IMG/VR virus record: IMGVR_UViG_3300030102_005172
Location: 32,001-96,000 of that record
DNA from: a virus
Reading direction: 5' to 3' (one strand)
DNA length: 64,000 nucleotides
Shown here piece by piece: positions 1-10,132 of this stretch (position 1 is the stretch's first letter; each line of letters begins with the position of its first letter). Position numbers and translations under genes: made by a program. The notes under the pieces are model-generated. The model was not told where the DNA came from, searched no databases, and saw nothing but the letters and a program-made list of their open reading frames with translations.

Positions 1-782
1 GATTCTGATTCTTGTTGTCTTTTTGATTTAGAGTTCAGTTTATCTTTTGCTTCATCTCTAAAATGAGAACCTCTTGCTGAAAAATGATATACAACCGACT
101 TAGAAGACATAACAAATTTATATCCTTCTAATTGCATTCTAATAAATAAATCCATGTCATCGTATGACGCAGGTGCGAATAATGGGTCGTTACCACCAAT
201 CCAAACATAGTCTTCTTTTTTACAAAAGAATCCTGCACCACCACCTTTTCTTACACGAGTCTCTGGCATATCTGATAGTTTCTGAGACCAATCATCAAAC
301 CACTCTTTATCAAAGTTATGATGAAACTCACCAAACTCATCAGTTGTAACAAATACTGTTCCTGGTCTGTAATCAGGGTCATTTGGAAATATCTTAGGTT
401 GTATTCTAAATGACGATGCGATTATTCTATCAATCCCATCACCTTCTTCTACAATCTTTTGTAACTCTATATCTTGATTTGGTGCAATCCACATATCAGA
501 GTGGATTATATTTACATATTCTGTTTCTGATTTGTCAACACAAAAGTCCATACCACCACCAATTCCCCTTGGTACATCATTGTGTTCTACAAACCCCTTT
601 AGATTTTTATCTTCTTGCATTAGATTAAGTAACCACTCATCTGTACCATCAGTACAATTCTCTGCGTGAATCACAATCGGCTGGTCTTTGTAGTATGCAT
701 TCTTTCTTACAGATTCGTAAGCAAGTTTTACATAATCAAGATTATTGTTTGTTGATATACAAGTTGTTATTGGACTTTCCAT
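1..782 (-). CDS. Glycosyltransferase family 2 (3' end runs off the window)
   Basis: Manual translation from ATG at 782: MESPITTCISTNNNLDYVKLAYESVRKN...IHAENCTDGTDEWL...YVNIIHSDM. GT-A pattern. Missing from the ORF track because it is truncated. Confidence 0.75.
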   Translation of the reverse strand, partial: MESPITTCISTNNNLDYVKLAYESVRKNAYYKDQPIVIHAENCTDGTDEWLLNLMQEDKNLKGFVEHNDVPRGIGGGMDFCVDKSETEYVNIIHSDMWIAPNQDIELQKIVEEGDGIDRIIASSFRIQPKIFPNDPDYRPGTVFVTTDEFGEFHHNFDKEWFDDWSQKLSDMPETRVRKGGGAGFFCKKEDYVWIGGNDPLFAPASYDDMDLFIRMQLEGYKFVMSSKSVVYHFSARGSHFRDEAKDKLNSKSKRQQESE

Positions 783-1717
783 ACATCTTCCCATTTATAT
801 GTTTTCGTTTGTTTCATAAAGTTGTAAGCGTTATATTTAGAATACTCACTTGCTTTAGGATACCAATCGGTTGACTTTCTTTGTTCGTTTATATCTTTCC
901 CAACTTCATCCATTACATATTTTCTTTTTCTTGGATGTTCTCTGTTGTGAACTAATAAAATATTCTTTACAATATACAAAGGAATTTGGTTATTTCCAAA
1001 TATTGTTAACATTTTATTCATAAAAGCAGTATCTTCGTGGGTAAAGAATACCGATTTAGGTATGTTTACACCACTTCTAATTATTTCAGATGAGATTACT
1101 AAACCACATCCATTAAATTTATAGTTGTATGTTGACTCTATATGTGGTGATTCAACATCTGAGTTTATCTCTTCCATTTTATCATAATCCATATAACATC
1201 TTGTTCCATACCATGCGTGTGGGTCTCTTGGTAAATCAGTTAGTTTTGGATGTTCTAATGGTTTCCACGAATCGTCCCACATTTTACAAGTTGAAAAGAA
1301 TCCAACCCATTTTGGTGTTTGGTCTTTGACTGCCTCATGTAATGATATTATTGATTCCATCGCTTGTGATGGAACTAACATATCAGACTCACCCCAAAAT
1401 AATACATCTACTATTTCACAATATTTTTCATTGAAGTCTCTTCTGTAATCTGCGATAGTATATAACTCATCTTTTGTTGCGTATGTAATATCGTAACCTT
1501 TAAGTTTATATTGATTACAAACTCTGACATACTTTTCCATAATATATGTCAACATATCAACTTCATCAGAAACTTTTTCTAAGTCTTGATTTGTGACTAA
1601 ACACATATCAATCTTAACCTTGTCTTTTTGTTCACCAATTGATTTGATTAAAGAATCTAAATATTCCTCAAACATATCAATCTCATACCATTGTACTAAA
1701 CAACCTGCTGCTATCAT
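767..1717 (-). CDS. Putative GT-A fold glycosyltransferase
   Basis: 316 aa; LFWGESDMLV (DxD-like), NGCGLVIS and THEDTAF motifs; sits inside the GT cluster. Confidence 0.5.
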   Translation of the reverse strand: MIAAGCLVQWYEIDMFEEYLDSLIKSIGEQKDKVKIDMCLVTNQDLEKVSDEVDMLTYIMEKYVRVCNQYKLKGYDITYATKDELYTIADYRRDFNEKYCEIVDVLFWGESDMLVPSQAMESIISLHEAVKDQTPKWVGFFSTCKMWDDSWKPLEHPKLTDLPRDPHAWYGTRCYMDYDKMEEINSDVESPHIESTYNYKFNGCGLVISSEIIRSGVNIPKSVFFTHEDTAFMNKMLTIFGNNQIPLYIVKNILLVHNREHPRKRKYVMDEVGKDINEQRKSTDWYPKASEYSKYNAYNFMKQTKTYKWEDVWKVQ

Positions 1718-2535
1718 AGTTCTATTCTTGGAATACCTTCATAACCAGGATTGGTATCTGAAACCATTTCCCACTCTACACCTTGTTCTTTTAACCAATA
1801 GTAAATACCTTTAGTTGCCTTTGCTACTGATTTTATTTCTCTTGGCCCCATAGATGTTTTTGCATATACAATCTTTTCATGTTCGTCACCATAAAAGTGT
1901 TCTTGGAAAACTCTTTGTGTATCATCTTCAGTTCCATTTTCAAATGATGATAAGTCACCAATGTCCCAACCAATCGTGACAATCTTTTTACACCCTAAGT
2001 AAAGTGCTAATGGTAATGCCATTTCGTACATGATACCAGGCCCCCAAGGTTGTTGAAATCCTATTTCGGGGTGGTCTAACCTCATAGTATCCCAATCTTC
2101 TTTTTCTGATAATGAATAAATCATTTTGTTAGGACCAACTCCACCACCTGTATTTGGATTGTTTCTAAATATAGGAATGAATAAGTCTGATTCTAAATTA
2201 TTATCAAAAATCATTTGAGGATGAAATTGTTCAAAGATTGCCCATGTTATGATTGATTTATTATCTGACCAATCATATGGTGCGAAGTTACAAAAGTTTA
2301 GTAAATGAAAGTCAGTAACATCTTTTACTAAATTGTATGATTGTTTGATTGGCATACATAATTTATCTGCCATAAACTCATTAAGGAATTCTTTATCATA
2401 CTTTTTGAGTGAAGGACCACCTGCGATTATATATGCAGTATCATCTTTGTACTGATTTTTTAATACTTTTAATCTATCTTCAGACTCTTCTAATTGTAGA
2501 AGTTCTTGTCGTAACTTACTTGTTTGTGATTTCAT
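1714..2535 (-). CDS. Maf/DUF115 (MptE-like) family protein, putative ulosonic-acid transferase
   Basis: AYIIAGGPSL and LALYLGCKKIVTIGWD motifs, typical of Maf/CstII-like folds. Confidence 0.65.
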   Translation of the reverse strand: MKSQTSKLRQELLQLEESEDRLKVLKNQYKDDTAYIIAGGPSLKKYDKEFLNEFMADKLCMPIKQSYNLVKDVTDFHLLNFCNFAPYDWSDNKSIITWAIFEQFHPQMIFDNNLESDLFIPIFRNNPNTGGGVGPNKMIYSLSEKEDWDTMRLDHPEIGFQQPWGPGIMYEMALPLALYLGCKKIVTIGWDIGDLSSFENGTEDDTQRVFQEHFYGDEHEKIVYAKTSMGPREIKSVAKATKGIYYWLKEQGVEWEMVSDTNPGYEGIPRIEL

Positions 2536-2917
2536 TAAATTGTTTCAAAGTTTGTTCCCATGATTCAAACCTAATTCCTCTGTCATCTATGTAACAGATT
2601 GCTCTTGGTTTTTCACAAGTTATTTCTTTTATATAATTATCAATCTCATATTTAGTTAACCACTCCCAAATCAACTCTTCACCTGTTTTACCATTTACAA
2701 GTGGTCTATCTGGTTTTACTTTTGCGGTAAACAAAACTATATCGTATCCTTGAGACTTAAACCACTTGATTGCGTCTAATGAACCCTCAATAGGTGGGTC
2801 GTATACAGTTCCATCATGGAATCCTTTTGAATTACCATGGACAACACCATCAAAGTCTATTGCAACTTGAAAGTTGTTTTCGTGGTGTTGCATTTTATCA
2901 TATTCATTTATATTCAT
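2516..2917 (-). CDS. HAD-superfamily phosphatase
   Basis: IDFDGVV motif I, LFTA motif II, KP...YIDDR motifs III/IV. Confidence 0.8.
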   Translation of the reverse strand: MNINEYDKMQHHENNFQVAIDFDGVVHGNSKGFHDGTVYDPPIEGSLDAIKWFKSQGYDIVLFTAKVKPDRPLVNGKTGEELIWEWLTKYEIDNYIKEITCEKPRAICYIDDRGIRFESWEQTLKQFNEITNK

Positions 2918-3744
2918 GTTATTGCTCTACCTTTCATACTTTCCCAATCTCTATCGTTCCTAACATCATCATTCTTAGAATCTACTGCATTTAATATTTT
3001 TGGGTCTAAAGAATATTTGTTTGCTAAAGATATTAATGCTTTTACATCTTTTGGAAAACAATGACCACCATAACCAAAGTCACCATCTGGTCCTGGCACT
3101 GCCCAATGTGATTTACCTAATCTATCATCGTGTTGTGCATATTCAATTACTTTATCATAATCTATATCCAACGCCTGACATATTTGATACATTTCATTTG
3201 CAAATGATACTTTAGTCGCTAAAAAGGCGTTTGTTACATACTTAACCATCTCAGCATGACGGGATCCTGTTTTTATGATATGTGCTTTTGGAAATACTTT
3301 TGTGAATATTCTTTTTAGTCTTGTTGTTGCAGGTCTCGGTCCACCTAATATTATTCTACTTTGGTTTTCATAATCTGATACTGCGTTTGCTTCAGTTAGG
3401 AATTCAGGATTAAAAACAATGTTTAGTTTTTTAAATCTTTCATTCCACTCCTCTGTTGTGCCTGGTGGTACTGTTGATTTGATAACTATATCATAAGATT
3501 TATTAGGACCATAACCATTTATCTGTGACAACATGATTTCAACTATTGATGTATTACAAGTACCATCTTCATACATCGGTGTTGGTAAACACAAAAATAT
3601 AGTGTCACATCCTTTTTTTATATAATGAAAGTCACTATTACATTTTGTTTCATCAATGTCATATGTCAATATATCAAAATAGTTTTTAAACTTCTGATAT
3701 ACGGCGTTACCTACAAATCCTTGACCTATAATCCCTATCTTCAT
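2914..3744 (-). CDS. ugd: UDP-glucose/GDP-mannose dehydrogenase family (short form)
   Basis: GIIGQGFVG Rossmann motif, IKSTVPPGTT, FNPEFL, GYGGHCFPKD. Confidence 0.9.
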   Translation of the reverse strand: MKIGIIGQGFVGNAVYQKFKNYFDILTYDIDETKCNSDFHYIKKGCDTIFLCLPTPMYEDGTCNTSIVEIMLSQINGYGPNKSYDIVIKSTVPPGTTEEWNERFKKLNIVFNPEFLTEANAVSDYENQSRIILGGPRPATTRLKRIFTKVFPKAHIIKTGSRHAEMVKYVTNAFLATKVSFANEMYQICQALDIDYDKVIEYAQHDDRLGKSHWAVPGPDGDFGYGGHCFPKDVKALISLANKYSLDPKILNAVDSKNDDVRNDRDWESMKGRAIT

Positions 3745-5465
3745 TAACTTAACATTTTTTCAACGATTTCTATATCTTCAGGGTAGTCAACTGCGTGTGA
3801 TACATTATCTACCATAACCATTTTGACTTTGTATCCCATCTCTATAAATCTATCAATCTCGATATCTTCTTGTGATTCAAGTGGTGTCTTTTTACCATAT
3901 TCCCAAAATGACTTAAGATGTTCTCTATTGAATCCGTAGATACAAACTTGTTTTAGTGGATTACTGGTCGAACCCTGTTTTGTCCCTGGGAGTGGACTTC
4001 TTGAACACCAAATCAATTCATCATTTAGATTTGTGATTATTTTTGGTATCTTTGGGTCTTCTACTCTTTCGTGGGGATTGAGTTTTGCCATACAATTCAC
4101 GATGTGGTCAGGATTATTTATCTTTGCTTCAATGACCTTTGTTATATCTTCTGGCGATAACATTGGTTCATCACCTTGTACATTGATAATAAAATCTGCG
4201 TCAATCTCTAATGCCGCCTCTGCGACTCTATCTGTACCCGTTGGACAATCATCTGAAGTTAGTATTACTTTCCATCCATGTTTTTTTACAACATCAACTA
4301 TTTCTTGATTCTCAGTTGCGATGTAAACATTCTCTTGTCCTACTGCCCACTTCGCAGTTTCAGCTACCCAAAGAATCATTTCTTTTCCATGAATCTTGGC
4401 AAGAGGTTTTCCAGGGAATCTTGATGATTTGTATCTTGCGGGGATAACTACTGCCACTTTAGGTTCTAACACTCCATCAAGTTTATTTTCGTCAAAACTT
4501 ACTGATTCAGGAATGTCAAGTAATACATCTTCTATTCTATTAGGATGTAAAAAAGATTGTTGTAAGTTCTGAGGATACAATGGATGGATATGTTTTAACC
4601 CACTAACCATATAGTTGTGTGTAAAACCCCATTTGTGTTCTTTCATCAAAGGAATCATCCAATCAGAAATAACTTTTTGTAAAGGTTTACAATTATATTC
4701 AGTCTTATCATGTGAAAGAAATTTCATTTTGTCTTTCGCATATTGATGATAAGTCACAAGTTGTTCTGTTTTTACATTACCAACTCCTCTACCCATTCCA
4801 AGTAAAGTACCATCTAACCAAAGTGCCCCTTCGGATTCTGCGGCAATACAATTAGCGAATGCAAGACCAAGATTGTCGTGTGTATGAACCCCAATCTTTG
4901 AATCACCTTCAAATAGTTCAACAACTTCTTTTGTTCTATCAGGTGTCAATGCTCCATAAGAATCAGCAAAATATAATACGAGTGGGTCTAATCCACTCAT
5001 CACATTTACGAAGTCATATATTTGAGTATCAGTTAGTAAAGTTATACCCATCAGATTTACTATCAAATCATATCCTTTTGTTTTGACATAATCACCAATC
5101 TTGACAGAATGGTCTAACTCCGAATACTTTATTGCCAGACGACAGATGTCAAATGGTGAATCTTCACTATCATGTATAACATCGTCAATCAATGCATAAT
5201 CTACCTCATCATCTTTGATAAAGTCTTTTGCGTCAATCATAAACGCAAGTTTTAAGTTTACTGGTTTTCTATAATCTAATACATCCCAAATGAACCTATC
5301 GTTACACTTACGATACTTACCACCCTTAACAGGTGACTTGTATCCCATCTCCATTACTCCAACTCCTGAAAGGTCAAGTGCCTGTACTAAGTCTTTGACC
5401 ATCTGAGTGTCAAAGTTCCAATTGGTGTAGTAACCACCATCTCTTAATGTACAATCTAATATCAT
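3744..5465 (-). CDS. Fusion: HMGL-like (DRE-TIM) pyruvate aldolase + KdsB-like CMP-ulosonate cytidylyltransferase
   Basis: N-terminal ILDCTLRDGGY, ADSYG, GVHTHDNLGLA, GMGRGVGN. C-terminal VIPARYKSSRFPGKPL, TGTDR, INVQGDEP, VDYPED. Confidence 0.88.
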   Translation of the reverse strand: MILDCTLRDGGYYTNWNFDTQMVKDLVQALDLSGVGVMEMGYKSPVKGGKYRKCNDRFIWDVLDYRKPVNLKLAFMIDAKDFIKDDEVDYALIDDVIHDSEDSPFDICRLAIKYSELDHSVKIGDYVKTKGYDLIVNLMGITLLTDTQIYDFVNVMSGLDPLVLYFADSYGALTPDRTKEVVELFEGDSKIGVHTHDNLGLAFANCIAAESEGALWLDGTLLGMGRGVGNVKTEQLVTYHQYAKDKMKFLSHDKTEYNCKPLQKVISDWMIPLMKEHKWGFTHNYMVSGLKHIHPLYPQNLQQSFLHPNRIEDVLLDIPESVSFDENKLDGVLEPKVAVVIPARYKSSRFPGKPLAKIHGKEMILWVAETAKWAVGQENVYIATENQEIVDVVKKHGWKVILTSDDCPTGTDRVAEAALEIDADFIINVQGDEPMLSPEDITKVIEAKINNPDHIVNCMAKLNPHERVEDPKIPKIITNLNDELIWCSRSPLPGTKQGSTSNPLKQVCIYGFNREHLKSFWEYGKKTPLESQEDIEIDRFIEMGYKVKMVMVDNVSHAVDYPEDIEIVEKMLS

Positions 5466-5517
5466 AGGAAATTGTTAAATTTTCTTTTTGACACACGAAT
5501 CGTTCCCAAAATGTAGG

Positions 5518-6141
5518 TTACACAAGGGTGTCATAATAATCGTTTTGTTTTATTTGTTTATCTATATCTTTATGGTGGAACAATGATAGTTCCTCAACCC
5601 AAGGTAGATTTGAAATTGTATCATAACCATCGAGTTTCTCGTGTACCTTATTTATCCAACGAATGGATTCGGATTTCTTATATACTCTCCATTGAGGGTC
5701 TGGCCAATTTACTCTACCTTTATCGTCAACATTCCAATTCCATTTTTTAATGTACTCATCTGTTAATCCATCTACCAAATTTACTCGTGGTACGAGGATT
5801 ACATCTACTGAATTCATTTCAAGGATTTGTGGAAGGTTTTCAATTAATTCCTTATTTGGAATCTCATCTGCGTCAATCTGAAAAATGTAATCACCATTAC
5901 ACAAATCAGTCAACTTGTTTTTCCAATCAGCGAAGTGTCCATCAAACTCCCCACTATGCCAAGAGTAGGTTGGATTTACTGATTTAGCTCTTAAATATTC
6001 TTCTACCTTTTCATCACCATTCTTAGAATCATAAAGTATTACGATTTCATCTTCTGGTCTAATATTATCTAAAAGGTATGGGATTAGTTTTTGAATTTCT
6101 GTGAATTCATTACAAACTGTAACTGCGTAACTTATTTTCAT
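5518..6141 (-). CDS. Glycosyltransferase family 2
   Basis: ISYAVTVCNE, YIFQIDADE, W..KVHE. Confidence 0.85.
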   Translation of the reverse strand: MKISYAVTVCNEFTEIQKLIPYLLDNIRPEDEIVILYDSKNGDEKVEEYLRAKSVNPTYSWHSGEFDGHFADWKNKLTDLCNGDYIFQIDADEIPNKELIENLPQILEMNSVDVILVPRVNLVDGLTDEYIKKWNWNVDDKGRVNWPDPQWRVYKKSESIRWINKVHEKLDGYDTISNLPWVEELSLFHHKDIDKQIKQNDYYDTLV

Positions 6142-6150
6142 AATTTAATT

Positions 6151-6666
6151 TTATAGTCCTACGGGTGGAGTATCTTGTGGTGTTTCCAAATCCGTATCGT
6201 CCTTTCGAACTTGTTCTTGTTGTCTTCTTGTTGACCTCGGTGGTATCATATCATAAACACCAAAATCATAATTATATACTGTTACTTGACCTACATTTTT
6301 TTCAATCAGAGTTCTGTATCCGTTTTGTAAGTCTTTGTTTTTTAACTTTGATGTATAAAATTGTTTAGAGTTAACTTCTACTCTTAATTTACTTAAATCT
6401 AATTTTCTAATCTTAGGAGTATTACTTGTTACCTCACTCAAATCTTCTGCAAGTTTAATAAACTTATCTGGTGCACAATCTTTCAAATCTAAACAATGGA
6501 AATAAAGTTTAAAATTAGGTTGTAGAATAAAAACAAACATATCTCTCTGAGTATTGTCTCTTTTCTTGTATCTAATCTTAGCAACCATACCTCTCTCTAA
6601 TTTAGATTTAGAGAGTCTTGTAGGGTCGGTCATATTACTTCTATGTCTACTTGTATAGTCTGGCAT
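6151..6666 (-). CDS. Hypothetical protein
   Basis: 171-aa ORF, tightly packed in the operon. Confidence 0.6.
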   Translation of the reverse strand: MPDYTSRHRSNMTDPTRLSKSKLERGMVAKIRYKKRDNTQRDMFVFILQPNFKLYFHCLDLKDCAPDKFIKLAEDLSEVTSNTPKIRKLDLSKLRVEVNSKQFYTSKLKNKDLQNGYRTLIEKNVGQVTVYNYDFGVYDMIPPRSTRRQQEQVRKDDTDLETPQDTPPVGL

Positions 6667-7946
6667 TATTTCTTCTTAAGTTTAGGTAATTTTAATCCTA
6701 CTTGTTTTGGTCCTTCACCAACTTTATATTGTGTTATTAATTCACCTAATTTTTCTGTCATTTTTTCTTGGGTAAAATTAGTCTTCACAAAATGTCTGTT
6801 TTTTCTTGACAATCCAAGTGCCTTTTTGTAACTATTATATACAGATTTCATAACACTCGAAGCTTGATTGTGGTCAATCTTAAACCACCTTGAACCTTGG
6901 ATAATCCACTTGTTTGTACTTGACGGGTGAACTTCTTCTAAGTTACCACCTACTAAGAAGTTGTATTCTTTATGTAGGAAGTCCATATGACCACTCCATG
7001 CTGATGCGATGATTGGTTTACCACTAACACATGCTTCAAGTAATGGTCTACCAAACCCTTCACCATGGGTAAATGAAACATGGGCTTTAACTTGTGGATG
7101 GTTGTATATAGAATTCATTTCTTCATTTGTAAAATCACCATCTAATATATAAATATTAGGGAAGTTACTACCACCAAGTCTTCTTTTACATCTTTCAATT
7201 ACTTTTTTAATTCTATGAACACTTGAAATTGAAGGTTGTCCATTATTACATTTCAAAATCAATGCAGGTTTAGCTTTACCTCTAAATGATACACCTTTCC
7301 ATGTTTTTAAGAATACTTTTACTAAAGAGTATATATTTTTTCTATCTTGTCCATCTGCACCATGTAACCAATGACCAACAAACAGAAAACAAAATTGTTC
7401 AGGTATTTTTTGAAATACTTTTTTTACATTATCATCAATAGGTTTTTTATGGTCATATACTTTGGAATCATATCCTTCAAACAAAACCTCAACAGGTTTT
7501 TCTATTTTTAGTTCACCTATTTTTTCTTTGGTCTGGTCATTTAATTTATCATAGACTGCACTTAATGTTGCAGCTGAGTGTTTTGATGAAACTAAGTTTA
7601 AGTCCATTCTATTACACCCTTCAATAAAATCTGCAGATGCGTCTGATGTTTCGATAACTGCGGATACACCTATATTAAAATGTCCGACAGGTTGGAACTC
7701 ACTTGGAATGGTTACCATAATCCAAATATCAGGTTTTGTTTCTAATTTAGGGATAAGTCTACTAATCAAGTCTTTATCATCAGGTGTCAATGCATTCATG
7801 GGAGTTGTACCCCATCTTTGACCTAAGAGTTTAATATCCCACTCATCACCTTTTAAATCAATTAAAGACCTTACGAAATCCCTTGCTCTTGCTCCGTAAC
7901 CACTTCTTGTAGCTATCGGACAACTAATTACACATAATTTTTTCAT
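6666..7946 (-). CDS. Glycosyltransferase family 4 (GT-B)
   Basis: SGYG N-terminal motif, FLFVGHW, THGEGFGRPLLEA..SGKPII. Confidence 0.88.
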   Translation of the reverse strand: MKKLCVISCPIATRSGYGARARDFVRSLIDLKGDEWDIKLLGQRWGTTPMNALTPDDKDLISRLIPKLETKPDIWIMVTIPSEFQPVGHFNIGVSAVIETSDASADFIEGCNRMDLNLVSSKHSAATLSAVYDKLNDQTKEKIGELKIEKPVEVLFEGYDSKVYDHKKPIDDNVKKVFQKIPEQFCFLFVGHWLHGADGQDRKNIYSLVKVFLKTWKGVSFRGKAKPALILKCNNGQPSISSVHRIKKVIERCKRRLGGSNFPNIYILDGDFTNEEMNSIYNHPQVKAHVSFTHGEGFGRPLLEACVSGKPIIASAWSGHMDFLHKEYNFLVGGNLEEVHPSSTNKWIIQGSRWFKIDHNQASSVMKSVYNSYKKALGLSRKNRHFVKTNFTQEKMTEKLGELITQYKVGEGPKQVGLKLPKLKKK

Positions 7947-9346
7947 ACTTTGTAAATATCAAATCTTTGTCTTGGTTTCCAATTTTCAAAACAACCATCG
8001 ATTGCTTCAATAAACTTTTCACCCATTGTTTCTGACGCCATATCACCGGCACCTATAATAAATTCATGTCCTTTCAAACCTGCGGATTCACATCCATCTC
8101 TTCCCTTTTCATACCAAGTACCAATAGCGTTACCAATATCTTTGTATGAACATCTATCATCAAAAATATAAGGAGTTACTGGTGACCCTTGTAGTGAACG
8201 ATTTGATGGCCATATTGGTTCAACCCACTCACCCCAAGTTAAGTCTTTTATCATTGGATTATCTTTGTCATGTAGTGACCCAATATCAATGTAATCATCT
8301 GCATTTAAAAATTTACCATTTCTTTTAAATCCACATTGGTCTTGTAGTCCACCTGTAACATTTATTACGACAGGAGTTCCTGCTCTTAGTGCTTCACAAG
8401 AACCTAATCCAAACCCTTCATTAGATGCGACATTTAAAACTACATCACAAGAGTTATAGAATAAATTTAATCCTTCGGTACTTAACTTATCTTCACTAAA
8501 CTTAACATGACCATGTTTTACATTCATTCTAACGACTTCTGGAATATCTGTACCATTTTCGTCAATAGGATTTGTGTGCATGAATAAACACATTTTTTTA
8601 TCAGGATATTTTTCTGCAAACTTTTCAAATCCAAGAACAACATCACCTGGTACTTTTCTACGAATGTTTCTATTACACCAACCTACTACAAAGTCATAAT
8701 CATTTAATCCTTTTTCTCCTTTGTACTTAATCAATGCACTATCTGTAAGTTCTAATGGTTTGAATAAGTTAGTTACCCCATGTGGAATATACTTGAAAGA
8801 CCAATCTTCTCTGTCTTCACCATACCAATCCATTACTCTTTTATTGATACCATAAGTTTGTTTGGATATACCTAATAGTAAATCACAACTTGCGTAAAAT
8901 GGTGCATTCCAATGAGGGTCAGGTAATGAGTCCCAAATATTGTAATACATTATAGGACATATTTGTCTAACTTCATTTTCCATATCATACAACCATCCCC
9001 AAAATCTTGGGTCTGTAAAGTGTAAGATTGCGTCTGGCTTTTCTACATTAAGTAGTTCTCTTAAGACTTCAGGATTACCATAACTTGTATGACAATATAT
9101 TTTTACAGATGCGTCTTCTACGCCTGTTAACTTTCTTACATCATCATCTAATATAAATTGTTTACCATGTTCAGGGTGTTTTAGTGCTGCACCTAACTGA
9201 ACCCAATCGTATTTATGAACAGTAGACAATACAATCTCTTTTGATTGTGTTGCAATTCCACTATGTAATCTTAAGTCGTCTGAAAGTAAAAGTATCTTGG
9301 GTTTTTTTGTCCCAGCCTTTTTTAATTTTGGTAGTTCTATACTCAT
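7943..9346 (-). CDS. Glycosyltransferase family 4 (GT-B)
   Basis: ILLLSDD..HSG, NRNIRRK, SNEGFGLGSCEAL..GTPVV. Confidence 0.88.
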   Translation of the reverse strand: MSIELPKLKKAGTKKPKILLLSDDLRLHSGIATQSKEIVLSTVHKYDWVQLGAALKHPEHGKQFILDDDVRKLTGVEDASVKIYCHTSYGNPEVLRELLNVEKPDAILHFTDPRFWGWLYDMENEVRQICPIMYYNIWDSLPDPHWNAPFYASCDLLLGISKQTYGINKRVMDWYGEDREDWSFKYIPHGVTNLFKPLELTDSALIKYKGEKGLNDYDFVVGWCNRNIRRKVPGDVVLGFEKFAEKYPDKKMCLFMHTNPIDENGTDIPEVVRMNVKHGHVKFSEDKLSTEGLNLFYNSCDVVLNVASNEGFGLGSCEALRAGTPVVINVTGGLQDQCGFKRNGKFLNADDYIDIGSLHDKDNPMIKDLTWGEWVEPIWPSNRSLQGSPVTPYIFDDRCSYKDIGNAIGTWYEKGRDGCESAGLKGHEFIIGAGDMASETMGEKFIEAIDGCFENWKPRQRFDIYKV

Positions 9347-9372
9347 TCTATAACTTCTTCTTTTTATTTAAC

Positions 9373-9380
9373 TATAAATA
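9373..9380 (-). promoter_or_regulatory. Putative late promoter (TATTTATA on coding strand)
   Basis: One of about 11 intergenic copies of the motif; lies upstream of the GT cluster. Confidence 0.55.
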
Positions 9381-9395
9381 TACAAAAAATATTTA

Positions 9396-9740
9396 TTAAA
9401 TCCTATTATATTCATCAGAAATTCTAACAATATCATCTTCACCGAAATATGTGCCAGTTTGAACTTCTATGAACTCAACAACCTCATCAGTTTCGTTCCA
9501 TGCTCTATGCTTTGCACCTTTGGGTATTCTGATGGATTCACCATATTCTCTAAATACTTTTTCATCATCTAAAACTATTGTTAGATTTCCTTTCGTAACA
9601 ATCCAACATTCTTGTCTTAGAAGATGATATTGATACGATAATTTTTGTCCTGGATTTACTGTAATCCTTTTTACTTTTGTTGTTGGGTCATCTAATAGTA
9701 CCTCGTACTTTCCCCATGGTCTTTCATCTATTTCATTCAT
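9396..9740 (-). CDS. Cupin protein, mannose-6-phosphate isomerase type II C-terminal-like
   Basis: ERPWGKY, VKRITVNPGQKLSYQYH, IEVQTGTYFGEDDIVR. Start moved to ATG at 9740. Confidence 0.85.
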   Translation of the reverse strand: MNEIDERPWGKYEVLLDDPTTKVKRITVNPGQKLSYQYHLLRQECWIVTKGNLTIVLDDEKVFREYGESIRIPKGAKHRAWNETDEVVEFIEVQTGTYFGEDDIVRISDEYNRI

Positions 9741-10132
9741 TGTACAAAACTTGCCTTCTTTTTCCATCTATTTAACAATCTGTTAAAGTGGTTAAATTCT
9801 TTTCTTGTTATTTCACCGAAGTAAACTATCTTGTCTGAATTATGTACAATACAATCATATTGATGAAGTGGTTGTGTTGGATGATATGGTTTGTCATAAT
9901 ACTCATCTTCCATTCCACTATATAATGTTCTTGATGTATGTGCAGGATTAAACTCAATATACTTTAGATTCATTTCTAATGCATATTTACGAACCCATTT
10001 TTCTACACCATTCTTTTTTCCTCTTGTGATAATTGTTAAATCCTCACCAAACTTTTCTTTTAATTTAAAAATGGTCTCTTTTAATTCACCTCTATTTTCG
10101 TATTTTTCATCCCCTATCAGAGCTATCTTCAT
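9737..10132 (-). CDS. SLOG/YspA-like protein
   Basis: MKIALIG...IITRG..GVEKWVRKYA pattern. Start moved to ATG at 10132. Confidence 0.5.
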   Translation of the reverse strand: MKIALIGDEKYENRGELKETIFKLKEKFGEDLTIITRGKKNGVEKWVRKYALEMNLKYIEFNPAHTSRTLYSGMEDEYYDKPYHPTQPLHQYDCIVHNSDKIVYFGEITRKEFNHFNRLLNRWKKKASFVQ

